A stretch of 64,000 nt of DNA from Phoronis australis (Eukaryota; Animalia; Phoronida): assembly GCA_002633005.1 (NCBI GenBank), contig NMRA01000313.1, positions 1 to 64,000 on the forward strand. Direction: 5' to 3'. Made by a program: the position numbers and the translations under genes. Numbering within the stretch: position 1 is the first letter of the stretch; each line of letters starts with the position of its first letter. The notes below the pieces were generated by a model, which had not been told where the DNA came from, did no database searches, and was given only the letters and a program-made list of their open reading frames with translations. Shown piece by piece: positions 1 to 12,100 of this stretch.

Positions 1-2590
1 ACTCTCTTCTGTACACTGCAACAACTGAGGGCTTTTCTCCTCGGTTGTCAATTGAAGCCACGCTGGTGAGTCGGCAGTTCTGTGCTGACTTGACGTTGCT
101 CCAAAGTTGTGGGAGGGTGTGGGGCCAAGTTTTTGAGGGGTGCTCTTGTCTGTCGGGTAATCTTCATAACTCTTTCATAATGACTGCATGGAGAGGGTGA
201 TCCTTAGCTTGGTGGCTTTCGTGTTGGCAACTGCCAGGTCTATGACCTGGCGTTGCTTGATGCTAAGTACGCCTACCAGTTGACGCAGTGCAGCTGCTGG
301 TGTTGACCTGTTACAAACAGTGGCGCTCCTATGCCTTCGTGTCAGCTTTGGCACGAAGAAAATGGACGTTTCAGCTGGCTCCAGTTATGACCTGATGGTC
401 GAAGAAAACATCCAGGAGTCTCAGTGTCTCAGGCGCTACAATTTTAACTTCATCATTGACAGGGCGAGGGACATCTTCAACTATGACACGATTGTCTAGG
501 TTGCGGAGCAAAGGTTTGCACTTCTCACCATGGCAACTTCTACCATTGCCGGATCAGCAGTTCTTGATACATGTATCAGTCAGCATTGGTTGAGTGCTCT
601 GAATGCCTTCTTGGGGGAACTGCCACCACGCATGGGATGGTCTCATTGGCGAAAGTCCTGAGTCGGTTGGCTGATTTGAACCAAGGACCAAGTATTGTTA
701 TTAAAAAGCGTAGAGAATGGAGGAGTTTGTTGTGGAAGGCTTGCGCTGATGCTTATTCAGTCTGAGCGCTAGGGTCCATGTTTAACCATGCATTCGCACT
801 CAGGGTAGTCATGACACAACGGTAGAGAAGCCAAGGTGTAACATGCCATCAACTAAAATGGGGAGATGGAAGAGTTTTAAACATTCTTATGATCCAGTCC
901 ACAAGCAGGGATTTCTGATGGTTTTCAAAACATTCGCTGATATCTGCTCCCAGAGATAATGCATTAGCCCAAGTATCGTTTGGGGGTGGTATACCCCCAT
1001 GCCATTAAAGAGCCAGGTCTCGATCAGTCTTTTGATCCGGCGAGCGATGATTTCCTCTTTGATCATCCCCACAAGGTTTTTCATGACAGTGACGCGATGC
1101 TCTTTGAGCAGCTTGTGTTAATTGTCTGGTTAGGGAACAACTGCTAGGAAGGACAACTCTTTCTGTACACCTTGGCGAGGTGAGCTAGGGTCGCCTTGGG
1201 TAGGGTCTTCAGTATCATTTCCTTAATTTCGATAGGGCCAGGTGCACCATACTTACTGGAGTTGATTGCATCAGAGTTACCTCATTCATTGAGATTGCAG
1301 CGCCATCCCTTGCTAAATCAGTGAGGTCGCTCGGGTAGCAGAGTAGTGTCACTTTCTTGTCAAGATCGTTGTCATTGCTCTGTCGAGTGAATTGGTCAAA
1401 GAAACCCCTGTCTTGTTACTCATCACTTCTCAGGATGCTGCCATAATCAACATAAAGGGACGGACGATGAGTTGATGTGATCTTGCGGTGGAATTGCCAG
1501 AAAGCCTTGGCACTGAGGTTTGCTTTGCAGCAGAGTCCATTCCACCGTTGATTAATGGCATTAGACGCTGCGAGCTTATAATCTGCAGTGACATTGTTCT
1601 TCTTAATTTTGGCTGCCATGAAAGACTTCAGGGTCGTGTTATCATTGGCTCTTGTGGCGGTGAATTCACTGTCCTGTCTGAGCTATGCTAACCACGCTTT
1701 GCATGTATCTACCTCTTCACTCCTCCAGGTGGGGGAATTTCTATGCTTGAGTAGGGGTTGGATAATCCTTGACGGTTGGGATTTCCAGTGAATCATGTTC
1801 TAGACAGTTTCGCCTGTGTAACTTGCATAAGGTGGTTCAGCTTTTGTTGCTGGGGTCCTGAGATGGAGGCAGATTTGCACCCAGCAAAAGAATTTGTCGC
1901 TGCCCGCTTTGGAAATGCTAGACCATTCGGTCCGGTGACGAAGGCCTGACCAATTCAGGAGTCAGTGCCACCTGGTCTTTCAGCCATCTATATTGGCTTT
2001 CCATTATTGATTACAGAGTTGTCCAAATCTGTGAGTGCATCGACAAGGGCCTTTCCATTAGGATGTTCATCATTGATTCTCATGTAAGGTTGCGGGCACT
2101 GAAATCACCCACGACAAGCGTATCCTGGCGTGTGGCGGTGAGGCCACGCAAAATCGCAATCTTCAGCTTTGGCGGCCGTGTTGCCGCTCTTGTACAGGTA
2201 AGCTTTAAAGACGGGACTCTGGAGTCTAAGATCTTGAATCTTCAGGATTTGCACCTGGCTATTAGGTGTGGTGTCTCTCATTGCATCTCAGATTTTCACA
2301 ATGTTGCTGCCTGGTGCTCCATGCATACTGCATCTCTAGGGTTTCAACCATCTTCAAGAACTCTCATAGCTCAGCCTGGGGTGCCAATGACCCCAGTTGA
2401 CACGTTGCCACGAGGACACTCTAAGAGAATCTTGAAGTACGAGAGGCGATGTACTGGCGGGGAAGACGTAGGAAATCGGCTTCCTTTTCAGGTTATCAAT
2501 TCATAACAAGTGAAGTACAAGTGAAAAGGTAAATGAAGAAAGAGTGAAAAGAGCGATAGACGATGCCATAACACATCGTCAGAAAGGGAC
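1..2590 (-). mobile_element. Degenerate non-LTR retrotransposon (APE endonuclease + RT), apparently single-ORF; runs off the window start
   Basis: Minus-strand translation: DTLVVGDFSARN (~2124-2090; APE GDFN motif), NGKALVDALTDLDNSVINNGKP, GAPGPIEIKEMILKTLPK (~1248; RT domain 0), GMIKEEIIARRI, a PQ motif at ~615 and post-RT RSTPAAAL...DHPLH. Many stops and frameshifts. Confidence 0.8.
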
Positions 2591-2944
2591 TTGCGAAAAA
2601 ATACATTTTTTGTTCTGTTTTGAAAAATGAGGTCTCGTTTAAATGCTCTTTCTTTTACACGCTTCAGCGTGTCTTTCTTTCCTCAACAGCCGCCAGTCCT
2701 GCGCCTAGATAAGTCATCAGGCGTTCACCCTAATGCCTCCTAATTATTGGGAGGGAGGTGCCATCACTCAATATGGAAATATACTGACATTGAAATATTG
2801 TTTGCTTTTGAGTTGACAACTTCGTTATATGTCAAAATCGTTTAATAGCGTACACTGTTTTTACTATCATTGTGTGATCATGATATATTTCTCTCTCCGA
2901 GTCGAAAGTGAGTGGATTTGAATCAACATGACCTCATTTTACAG

Positions 2945-3162
2945 TACCTTCAAAACCGATAAAGGTTAAGACAACCTCCACAGGTCCTACCACACTACGT
3001 GTCATGTGGTCTAAACCTTTGCACCCAAATGGCGTCATCGTTGCCTACGCTGTGAAGCTTTGGCTTGCTGCGAATGCCTCCATAAACGAGACCCGAAGGA
3101 ATCTGACCGAACAATCAACAGAGTTCTACAATTTGAAGCCAGATACATCGTACTCAGTACAG
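2945..3162 (+). CDS. RPTP exon, FN3 domain (first part)
   Basis: [35 protein letters not shown]...[11 protein letters not shown]; acag/gtatga boundaries. Confidence 0.9.
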
Positions 3163-6100
3163 GTATGAATGCATCAATGAAGAGTTTGTTTCTCGTTATT
3201 GTTTATATCAGTGTATACAGGAAACATCGTTACTGTCAGGCATTTTGTGTCAATCCAAATGTAAAATACGTTATATCAGACGATGAGTTCAAGCGTCCAT
3301 TTTAGTTTAAGTAGCCTTCTTCAGACCTACGCAAGTATCACGACTACTGTGCGTTGGATGGGAAATAATGAATCTGTACCCCTTTACTACTAATAGTGTG
3401 ATTGACTCTTCGGCCTTTCAAGTGTACGAAGCACCAAAGGGCATTTAAACGAGTACCTATCTGCGCTTTAAAATGTACTTAAATAACGCGTGGTTTTGCT
3501 TAACCATTGCTTAATAATTAACGCATAGTTTTACTTCATTCTTTAAGTACAATCTAATAAAAAGTTTACATTCAGTACGTAACGGCGCCATCATTTATGT
3601 GGTCACTTGATAAGGATTGCCCTCGACCCTGTAGAAAGTTTTCCGCTTTGATTTAGCAAAAGTGCACTTAGAATAAGAGCTGAACTGGATCGTTTAAAAA
3701 CCAATTTAGCGAGATGATTAACCAAAACTGAGCGCAAAATAAGGACAGAACTACATGTATGCTCGTTTAGGAACTAATTCAGTGCGTTAATTAAGCAAGA
3801 CTAAGCGTTGATAAAGCACATTCAAGCGTGCATAAAGGTAATAGTTCGAAAACCCTTTGGCACCTCATACAAGTGTTATTATTGACGCGAACTTGTTGGC
3901 CAGTCAGTGCGGTCGGTGACCTCTTACCTCTAGCGTAATAGGCCAATGGCTGAATACACGAAGCTTTAAACAGCTTAATTTCTACAACACTCTGCTTATT
4001 CCTCTTGTAACTTTTGAGATTTTATTGCTAAATTGAGGATATTGTTTTTTAGGTATTTTCCAAAACTGTTAAGGGTTATGGAGAAGGCAGTGACATTTTT
4101 AACGGCAAAACCGGTGTAGGAAGTAAGTTTCTTTTCGTACTGTGTGCACTCCTTGTTGTTTACTTAAATCTGTTGTTGTTTGGAACCAGTGCCTGGGTAT
4201 GCCAAACTTAAGGTGAGGTTGGGCTCAAAATTGAGGCAGTCATATTCTTTGTGGAGTTCGAACTTTTACTCTGAGAATGAAACACGATAATTGAAGCTTG
4301 GATCAGATTCTGTAGGAGAGGGTAATTACGAAAGTCATCTAACTAGGACGATAAAAAGCTAGAGAGACCATGCTGAACAATTTGGTTGCAGAAGACTTTT
4401 GTTTGCATCTATGACATTCCTCGATTTTGCTAGCAATATTCTTGTTTAAGAACCTGATCAACCACTGAACTTGGAAAACGTTTCTCGAACGGACACAACA
4501 TTAACATTTGCATGGACGGAACCAATTAACCAAAGGGGTGAAATACAACACTACAAGGTAATTCAACGAAACAATGTACATACATGTAACCTATTAAAAA
4601 CGCAAAGTTGCTAAGCCAAGTCAAAGATACGCATATGGGGCCAATCCTTCAGTTTAGTACATGTACATCCGCATTGCTCCATGTTTGGCTGGCGATAATA
4701 CGATCTTTTGCTGTCATAAATTCGATTTCAAGGACATCAAAACCGTCAGCGCTTCCGAGTTTATTGGGATTGGCCTACTACAACAGTAAAACTCTGCGCT
4801 TGCACGCTGAGAGTAATAAGAAGAATAAATTTGAAGAAAACCCAGGAACAACAGTACTCTGCGCTTACACGCGCAGAGTAAAAATTAGCGACGTTGCGTC
4901 CGTATCTCACGGACTTCAGCTTGGCTTGTGACGTTATCGTTATTCTGGCCAATTATGATTCGGCTATTTTTAGCCTCCAATGCGCCACTGGACATGATTT
5001 CAATACTGATGATGTTAGACTTTGAGGAAGACTGGTTCAGAAGGGGTTAAAGGAAGCTCTCCGTGAGCCCATTGAGAGTCCCTCTTTAAGTAAAAGAGAC
5101 GGTTTAAGATTCGATTGTCACACGTATGGGATGGTGTTCTGAGGTCAATGTCGCGCCGTCTGGTCAAAACGCAACCAATTGGCCAGAATAACGATAACGT
5201 CACAAGCCCAGCTGAAGTCCGTGAGATGCGTACGCAACGTAGCTAATTTTTGTAAGTTTTTATTCCAGTATTAGAATCAAACTTGATCTTCTTGGACATA
5301 TGCTCAAATGTCACCAGAATATAGCCAAAATCACGCGTTCTCATTTTAAATACACGCCAATATCTCACGCAATATCGTATTCCTTTTTAGCGAGATTCTA
5401 GCTACTGAACCCGACCCAGATGTTTAGCCGGTGGGTTGGCGGAACCAGTCATTCTGGTGCGATTAGTTGGTGTGCATACATGTCAGGTGCAAAATTTTAA
5501 TTTGGTATAACTAGGTGTTCAAATTTACTGATAGTACTTTCATGGTTTCCATCACCTTCAGTTTATGTTCTGTAATGTATTCCTGCACCTAAGTAGATCA
5601 TTCTGACTCAATTCGCCGTAGAATTTCACATCTTTTTGCAGATATTTTGTGAATTTATTGAGTCTTCACTAGACTATCAGGGAACAAAATATAATTCGGC
5701 CGTGTTGGGCGCATCATTGAATGGTACCATTGGTAACCTGTCCGAAGCTTCTCTGTATCAATGCTCTGTGAGGGGGAGGACATCTGCCGGCTACGGCGAT
5801 CCTAGTGAAACGGTTTTGGTGTGGACTGCTCCTCCGAAGTCTAATGGTAAGCAATTTCCATTTGTGGGAGAAACTAAGTTGGTCACGTGATTTGAGAGAC
5901 AGATTTGGTAAGTAATTGAAAATAATAAATACATGTGCCTAAAAAGACAACTGTCCTTCAAATAATATCTTATCGTCTGCGACAATGATTACAGAAGTAA
6001 GTATTAAGGTTTTGTAGGACTACATGTATATCTAAACGTTTGTGAATTAAGCCCGATGTCAACAAAACTATAGATGTACAGTATATACTTTCTGAAAAAT

Positions 6101-9100
6101 AGAAACCAAGTAGAATTCGATTGTTGTATCTCGACTAATCTGCCATCAATTGGATCACGTCATCTTGATTTTTGGTAAGATCTAACAAAAAGAAAGTTAG
6201 ATTTACAGCAAAGAAGGATGTCAATATCACCGCCACTATATACACTTACCAATGATGCAACATTTGAAACAACTGATGGATGTCTCCACAGCTTTTGTCC
6301 TGTCCGTTACGCACACATTCATTTCCACTTGACTGTACACTATGCCAGACAATGTCATGTGTGTTCAACATAAAGTGTCAAACATCATAGAATCAATTAG
6401 ACGGACAGATTGAACCTAAACTGGATTACTCGACTTTTTTCTCATAACGGAGGCAAAAATTTCAGTTTCCCGTGTTTTTCAAAATTGTGTTTTATTGAAA
6501 CAAATTTACATTTGGTGGTGATAGATATTTGACGAAAATAAGTACAGAACAATTTCAGTTTCTCGTGTTCTACAAAAATGTGTTTTACTGAAACAAATTT
6601 ACATGTGGTGCTGATAAATATTTGACGGAAATAGGTACAGTAGTGGTTCCATTAGCATTGATCTTATAAATACAATGTATACATACTTTCGAATATATTT
6701 TCTTCAGAAGTGTGTACAATGGGCCTCTTTTACATAAATGCAAATCAAATTGGATTGTACACCAAGCAGAAGTGGATAATATTACATTTCAGGCAAATGT
6801 ACTAATCTACCTGATGGAAGGACAAGTGACGGAACGTCAGATGTCCAAATATCGGGAGTCTGAATATTTAACGAATTCCAATTAAGGTCACTGTCACAGC
6901 AATCAATTTGTCTCAGCCAGAACTCTCCCATATGCTGATTCCTATTGGATACCCTCACCTTTTCACTCCCTATAATCCAGGGTTGTAATTGACATCCCGT
7001 TCTGGGGCCCGATCCAAGAAATCAGACTTAGCGACTACATATTTCAAAATAATATATAGCGCCGGAAATACAATGTAATTCTTCGGACGTGCGCAGGCCA
7101 CATAAGTTGGACCCATTGCATAAAACGCCTGATTTAAAATTCATTAGAAACCCCATGTGCCATAATGACATTAGGTTCTTCAAGGGCGAGTTTGGGTAGT
7201 TAGTTCCGGTAACCATATAGAACATCAAATGTCTATGCCTGGAATACGATCCAAATTGGAGTTATATATAGCATATACAGCCACTGTGGATTCCATATAT
7301 GTCGTAATCAGAGGTAAAGCTCAGTCCTCCAAAGCAGAATCTAAAAAATTCTAAAGATGTTAACAAGACTATTCACTTTGGCCGCCGCCATTATTGTGTC
7401 ATGGACCATGGCGACATCTAGCGGGTGTGTGTGAGAGCCGACGAAGAACACGAGACGTTGACGCCCATTTTAGTTCTTCAAATTCAAAATTGCGAAGTGT
7501 CTTTGTTTATAATATTCAAAACTATAAAAAAACATGAGCAGTGCAAAGGAAAATACATATGGGCAAAATGTAGAGTATATAAAGAAAAAATGGGCAGTAA
7601 ATGCGAAAAAAATACATTATAAACAAGTGTGTGACTCAGTAATCAGAGGTAAACAGGTGAAAATAGGTGACTGGAGGGTAAGCAGGTATAGAACATGTAG
7701 GAATTTAGAGGGGTCAGGGAAATAGTAAACATTAGATAGATCTGCTGAAGAAGAGGTAGGAGCAAAAACGTTGGGGGGCACCTCTCAATCAAATGGTTGG
7801 TGTTAATATCACTTAATTATCAATTAATTATTAAAACTTTCAGCGCATCAACTTTGGTTTAACATATAATTGAAAAAGTAACAGACTCTCATCCCCCAAC
7901 CATCAAAAGTTTCCTACGCCAATGTCCGAAAACTGCGATCTTACCCCATCCAAACACAGGTCCAGATCTTTGTTTCGAAAATCCACACCTTGCGACATTC
8001 TACATTCAAGCAAGGGGACTGTGCCCAGTTACAGGAAACAGTCCCAAATATCGACTCAACAGAGGCAGATCAAGGATTTTTAAAAGGGGGGGTGCGGATC
8101 AGAGATTTTTATGAAGGGTGACCCAAGTCAACAATTTGAAAATTCTAGCTTTGTCATCACTAAAATCGAGGGAAAATGGGCGATCCGAACCTCTTTGACA
8201 TAGTATCCCGCCTGTGCTCAACTGTCTTGCCTAAGTCTTTTGGGTATTTTCTTCGTTCTTTACTCACAGTTTTTATATTTTTTCTATCATTTTATCTTCA
8301 TTACAAGATCCTATTTTGACTTATGACGTTTTCTAATAATGTAACGAAAACCTGATCTTTTAATTCAGTCCAAATATTTAGGGATTTGTTTCTTAAATGA
8401 GGGCGTTGCACACAAATGCGAAGTAGTTTTAGGGAACAGAGTGGAGTCGCTATTTGGGACTTATTCACGGGACCCCCAGCATCCGTGCCTGATGGTATCT
8501 GAAATGGGTAGCGCATTGGTGTGGGTTGTGGTGAACGAAAGTGGGTTCAAGAGGGGTATGGGGTTAAAAACCAGCAAGAGATGGGATTCCTGCCTGAAGT
8601 CTAATAATAAAACCTGTCTTGCATACCCACATAAAACAGCCAGGATGCCTATTGAATACAAAGTTCATTTAGGGTAGATTTTACGATGCTTTCCAGATTT
8701 CGTAAACCATTCACATTTTTAAAATCAACTATCAGCCTACAGTTAAAGCATATTCACCCTACATCAGCAGGTAAAAGTGACCAACTTCAAAGTAAATAAC
8801 ATAAGGACGCCTTATACCGTGACTTGATGTTTTAAGACCCGTGTCAAAACAAAAATCTAAACAAACGACATCGTCCCTGAGTGTAATGGGGTTTCCTACT
8901 TTTAACTTAAAATACACAATACTCCAGAAGTACCCACCGATGTAAGGCTCAATGTGCTTTTAAAAGAATACCTCCTTCGACACTTCTTATGGAAAATTAC
9001 CGAGCAGGTTACCAAACCATACATGTACAATTAATATTGTTTATGCAGTAAAGTCCGAACCATGATCATATTACATAGATTATTGACCAACGACAGCCAG

Positions 9101-12100
9101 AATGTTGACTGTTGGGATCACAAGAAATAACTTAAATAAGCAGTAGCTAATAAATAAAAGCAACGAATAAATAAATAAAATAAATAATAACTACAGAATA
9201 AAGAATAGATAAAACAAATATATTATAATGTAATAATAATAAAATTAGTAAATAAATAGTAATAGTAAATATTATTATCTTTTAGATCTGAATGTATTAA
9301 GACTGCAGAAAGGAATGAAGGAAAGTATATAGAAGCGTCAATGGGCATAGAATAAACTAATCAGTAGTTCTCAAAATCATGCAAACCATTTACATGTACA
9401 ATAATTTTCTGTATAAGCAATCAAATTAAGGGAGCAGTAAATACATTAAGTTTAAGTCAGCCAGACCATCACTGGATGACTGACTGGCTACAGTTTCACG
9501 CAAAAAATCCTTTGTTTCAATCGTAAACATCGATCATCTATCGTAATCAGTGGGGAAGCAAAAAACCGAAAGTCACGAATTTTCTATTAACTTTTGCTGC
9601 AGCCGCAGGCATTGCAAAAAGCAGCATTGTTTTATTACTGACTGGAGCCGTCATATCTTGCCATATTTGTTTGTTGCTCACACGCCTGCTAGACGTCTCA
9701 AAGGTCTATGAAACAACAATGGCCGCCAGTGGTCGTCCAATGGGATTTCGCTAGGTGGTTTCTCACCCTCTCTACGGTCTCTGTGAATATCCTGTTGGGT
9801 AAATAAAGTGTAGTCATCGATATCATTTTTTCCTTGTAAACGAGGTTCGCCAGACAGTAGAACATAATTTCCCTGCATTTCTACAGCAGTGCATCCGTTA
9901 CTATATTAATTTGTTTTTTGTCGTTTCTTCTACAGAATTGAAGAAATTGTTCGTCTTACCGCCAGTGGAATACTTCGAAGAGGAAACCACGGACAGCACA
10001 ATAACTGTAAAACTGCTGCCAGTGAAGTCGGTGGGGTCTCTCGCACCCAGGTAAAAATCAAACCTTTAAACGAAATGTACAAGTGACCAGTGAGAAAGCG
10101 CAAACGCCAATTTATTGTAATGAAACTGTAGAAATCCAACCCTTCAATGAATGATCTTAAGATTGGCAATTCATGTGGTGTTGATGTGACACAGAAGTCC
10201 ATATAGTAACTCTTACCTGCAACAACTTTTTTGGAAATCTAGAATTGTCGTAGTCATATCTGACTGCGAAAAATAAGATACAACTGATTTTAAATTCAAA
10301 GACTTTTCCTGAAGATGATGTTCTGGCGCGCCTGTTGAAAGGAATTGGATCCCTATCATTCACGTCCTCGACAGGGTTCAGCAGCTTCCAATGCACTATT
10401 TTAATTAAGCATGCAAAGTGAATATTTTATAGTTGAATAAGTTGCCGCGTAGATTGTCCAAGTATCAAATTACTAAATCTTGGAATAGCCAAAATTCAGT
10501 GCTGCTGCGAACTACGATAACACGCACGAGCGCCTACATGAATTCTTAACCACTTTTGACGCATTAAAGGAGAATGCCACCCAAAAAAACTATTTTGTAT
10601 CAAATTAGATCGAGTAGTTCTACTCGATAACGGCACGTTCGGTTGCGTTACCTCCCACCTGACGGCAGACGGGGTGTTGAACTTATCCAATGACGTCATT
10701 GCTTTCACATACAGCCTGGTCAGCAGTTCACAACACGGGTTACTGGTGTCAGCTTAGCGCTTTAATTCATCGTTTAACACCAACAAATCATAAAACTTCG
10801 ATGTAAAACCTTTAAAAATACGCAGCGTTCTATGAAAACGTGTTGTTTTATTTCGCTGTTACGGATTTATTGGTATTTGGACCTACAGTAGCCAACAAAG
10901 TTCGGCAGGCCAATTTACCAAGGTCCGCAGCAGGAGCTTGGGGTCTGTTCGGAGATAAATTCTAAGTATTCTTCCGTGAAATACAGACAGGTGAACCTAG
11001 ACCTGTGTTGTTTAGACTTGTGATTTTTTAGTTCTAAACACACAAAACGCTTGTTGTCCCGGCCAGTGGCTCCCAAATCGATCAGGCCCGTTGCAGCCGG
11101 ACTGGCTCGTTATCCCGGCCAGTGGCCCTTAACCCGATCAGGCCCGTCGCGGCCGCCGAGACTGGCACAAACTTAAACCAGCTTGAGTTGGAAACTAAAC
11201 CTCCAGTCACGAAAAGCATATTATAGTGAGCCAAAGAAATAATGTGCACAGAATTTTTTATGTGAAATAGCCACGAAACTGAATTAGCATACGCTCACAC
11301 GGCCAGGGTGACACAGACTTTGTTTCAGTTTTATGTAAGCATTGGTTACGATGAGAATAATTCATTTTGAAACAGAACGCAGAATAATAAAATTCTACAT
11401 GGCAACATGCCCGTTGCCAATCTCGAATTAGTCAAGAGCTCATCCGACGAAGACTTCACGGGTCCGGCGGATCGTCAGGTTTCGCAGGTTACCAGTTCGA
11501 ACAGGAATACACTGATCAAGAAATACTAGAGAGGCGCAGTGAACATGCACAGGCAATGGAACGTATGAATAGTTCTTTGGAAAGCCGGAATTGGTCAGAG
11601 AAATCACTGTCGACGAAATGCAGGCCACAGACAAGGAGATGTTTCACGGCCTCATACTTGCTATTAACAGCGTACTTTTCATTCTTCACTACCGCGAGCC
11701 GCTTCCTAAGAATTTTGGGCTCTCGAGGAAGTCGAAAAAACGACATATTCCCAGCTTCATAGTTCGGACAAGCGGGAACGATGCACCGCAATATAGCGGC
11801 ATTCATTCTGCGGACGAACCACTGACGTCGCTGCGTCGTTTCTCATCTTCCTCACCGGTTAACGCGACACCTCTCGGCAAGGTGAGGTCGACCGTATAAC
11901 AGGCGATGTGGATATAGACCGATTAAGACAGTAAAAACGACTATTAATTAAATAGGGTGGCATTCTCCTTTAAGTCGAATATTGCTGAGCCACTATGTCA
12001 CTGTGGGCCAGTATACCCCGTTTTGTCAATGAAATAGTTTTTTAATCTGTCACCTAAAAAGTAAAACCTGGTAACAAAGTGGGACGTGTCTTTCATGAGT

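Noticed and set aside
2063-2506. 147-aa + strand ORF
   Set aside because: Antisense shadow of the LINE endonuclease region.
6708-6792. Possible extra RPTP exon after ttcttcag
   Set aside because: No FN3-like sequence, no GT donor, and the flanking exons already join in phase.
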